DNA of 64,000 nt, from contig NW_024704743.1 of assembly GCF_018977255.1 (NCBI RefSeq), positions 9,426,001 through 9,490,000 on the forward strand. Reading direction: 5' to 3'. The translations under genes were made by a program, and so were the position numbers. The DNA comes from Callorhinchus milii (taxonomy: Eukaryota). How positions within the stretch are numbered: position 1 is the stretch's first letter; each line of letters starts with the position of its first letter. Below, piece after piece: positions 62,149-64,000 of the stretch. The notes beneath the pieces are model-generated. The model worked only from the letters and a program-made list of their open reading frames with translations, was not told the DNA's origin and made no database searches.

Positions 62149-63040
62149 CTAGAGAGGAGAGACGCACACACACATTTCAGTCACAGAAGACCAGATAAGC
62201 CTCAGCCAAAAGGCACATCACTACTATCACTTTCGTTAGCCAAGACAACAGCAATAACCCTAAAGTGACTGCGATAGGCATTCAATTTAAGGGGTCTTCC
62301 TATTGAGATGCTTGGGAAATCACTTTGGTGCAAGTTTTAAACCCTGGTCAACCTTTGTGCTGAGCGTGGCTGCTGGTTTGTGAGTTTTTTAAAAAATTAT
62401 AAATGAAGATAAAATGAAATTACTTCCTGGCATGACACAAAATTGATTGAAGCATCTTTTTGCATCACACCAATGCCTCCTCCATAGAATAACTGTTCCA
62501 AGCGACAATGGCCAAGAATTCACAACAACTTGCATTTATACACGCAGGAGAGTGTCAAGAGCGCTGCACAGTGGCAGAAAGACATGCCGAACAAGATGAT
62601 TGTTAAGAAGGCAATCTTAACAGATGGGAAAGCATCCACTGGATTTAAAAATGGCCTTCCAGTTACAGAAAAAGCTCAGGCACAGGTGTGAAATAAAAGC
62701 AAGCCAATTCCTATTTCTTAAATATCTCAAGTGCTGAAAAAGGTTACCAATCACTCATTGGAACACTGTCCTTCAAATATTATTTGCAAATAATGAACGC
62801 TTCAAAAGAGTCTGAATTTCAAGGTAGATATGGCACCAATTTAACTCAAATAGAACTCTCAAATCCTATCGGTTAAAATAAAAAGTAGATTTTCCACAAG
62901 AAAAGGATATACTTTTGTTAATGTGTATTCCAAAGGTCTCCTTGTTTATGCAAAACATCAATTGGTCTGGTGCTCAGAGTTTTTCTCAGTCAAATTGTAA
63001 AAGGTAGACGGTTTCACTTGTTCGCTCTCTCACATCTGAT

Positions 63041-63402
63041 TTAGGTCAGAAGGTTGCGGGTTCAGGCTCCACATCAGCACTTGGCTGACACTCCAATGGA
63101 GTGCTTGGGGGAGTGCTGTATTGTCAGAGGGGCCATCTTTTGGATCAGACATAAAGCTGATGTCCAGTCTGCCTGTTCAGGTGAACATAAAAGATCTCAT
63201 GGCATTATTGAAAATGAGGGGAATTTCTGCCAGTGTACTGGCCAACGATCTTCCAGATAAAATTGGTCATTCAGTTCATGACTGCTCATTGAACATTGCT
63301 GTGGACAAACTGGCTGAGCGAGATTGCCTATAAATACACAGTCGCTGCACTTTACAGAATAACTGAAGTGTTTTGAGGCATCCAAAGTTATCGGCACTAT
63401 AT
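63041..63402 (+). mobile_element. Deu-domain SINE (family B)
   Basis: gtcagaaggttgcgggttcagg...gtctgcctgttcaggtgaacataaaagatctcatggca...tail. Confidence 0.8.
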
Positions 63403-63407
63403 CGGCA

Positions 63408-63650
63408 TAGTACTGTGTAGCATATTGGGTTCAATTCCCAGGCGGGCAAAACGTTAGGCAAGGCTCCTTACTCCATATGCTTCTGTTTACCTAGTAGTAA
63501 GTAGGAACCTGGTAGTTAGTCGATTGGCGGATCGCTTTCCTGGGAGTAATAATCGCTTAAAATATATATATATTTTTAAAAAATAATAAATTTGGTCACT
63601 CAATCCATGACTGTTTATGGGACACTGCTGTGCACTATTGGCTGTTACGC
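63408..63650 (+). mobile_element. SINE family A (long variant), 3' end lost at an L2 insertion
   Basis: gggttcaattccc...ccttactccatatgcttctgtttacctagtagtaagtaggaac...ctgtttatgggacactgctgtg. Confidence 0.8.
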
Positions 63651-63963
63651 ACTATTCACTCCCTCCGCTCGCCGGGCTCCGGCCTGTTTCATGTCCCCTC
63701 GCCTCGCCCGCCCCAAATTGGTAGGCGAGTCTTTTGTCACTCTGCCCCCATCCTCTGGAACTCCATTCCCTCGTCCCTCTGCCTCGCCTCCTCCCTTGCC
63801 TCCTTCAAGACCCATCTCAAGAACCTCCTCATCGACTGTGCTTTCGATCATGCTCCCTCCTCCCCTGCCCTCCCCAATCCAACCCCCAGCTCAGGTCCGT
63901 TCGTAACATTGACTGTCCAGAACCTTGGGACGTGAAAAGCGCTATACAAATGTTGTTGTTGTT
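63651..63963 (+). mobile_element. L2 LINE 3' fragment
   Basis: SLRSPGSGLFHVP...GRRVFCHSAPILWNSIP...SFKTHLK (ORF 63630..63935); tail with (TTG)n. Confidence 0.9.
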
Positions 63964-64000
63964 CAAATGCAGCAGCCAATTGCGCACAGCAGTGTCCCAC

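Larger units (their letters stand above)
62149..64000 (-). other. PARD3: PARD3 intron 1, 3' end
   Basis: Polypyrimidine tract and AG immediately upstream of exon 2; exon 1 (MKVTVCFG...) not seen in the window. Confidence 0.8.

Overview
Vertebrate genomic DNA, most consistent with a cartilaginous fish, judged from the Deu-domain SINEs, L2 and CR1 LINE families and shark-type Penelope-associated repeats. The window lies inside the PARD3 (Par-3 polarity protein) gene on the minus strand. The only confidently recognised host exon is the 102-bp coding exon 2 (62047-62148); 1-62046 is part of a >62-kb intron 2, and exon 3 was not found. The intron is dense in repeats: 5'-truncated L2 LINEs, CR1 3' ends, two tRNA-derived SINE families sharing an L2-type tail, several MITEs and tandem repeats. 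Most notable are (i) an intronless, twice-frameshifted PLAAT/HRASLS (LRAT-domain) gene copy nested on the PARD3 strand, with its His/His/Cys triad, a candidate acceptor and a poly(A) signal; (ii) a candidate alternative first exon (MERLSAELW|GTGAGT) that would give a Par3 lacking most of its N-terminal oligomerisation domain; (iii) a near-perfect 66-bp-arm TTAA-flanked hairpin MITE; (iv) a decayed Penelope-type hammerhead-ribozyme relic; (v) candidate enhancer motif clusters. Nearly all ORFs in the supplied track are repeat-derived or spurious. Repeat boundaries and family names were assigned by eye and are approximate.
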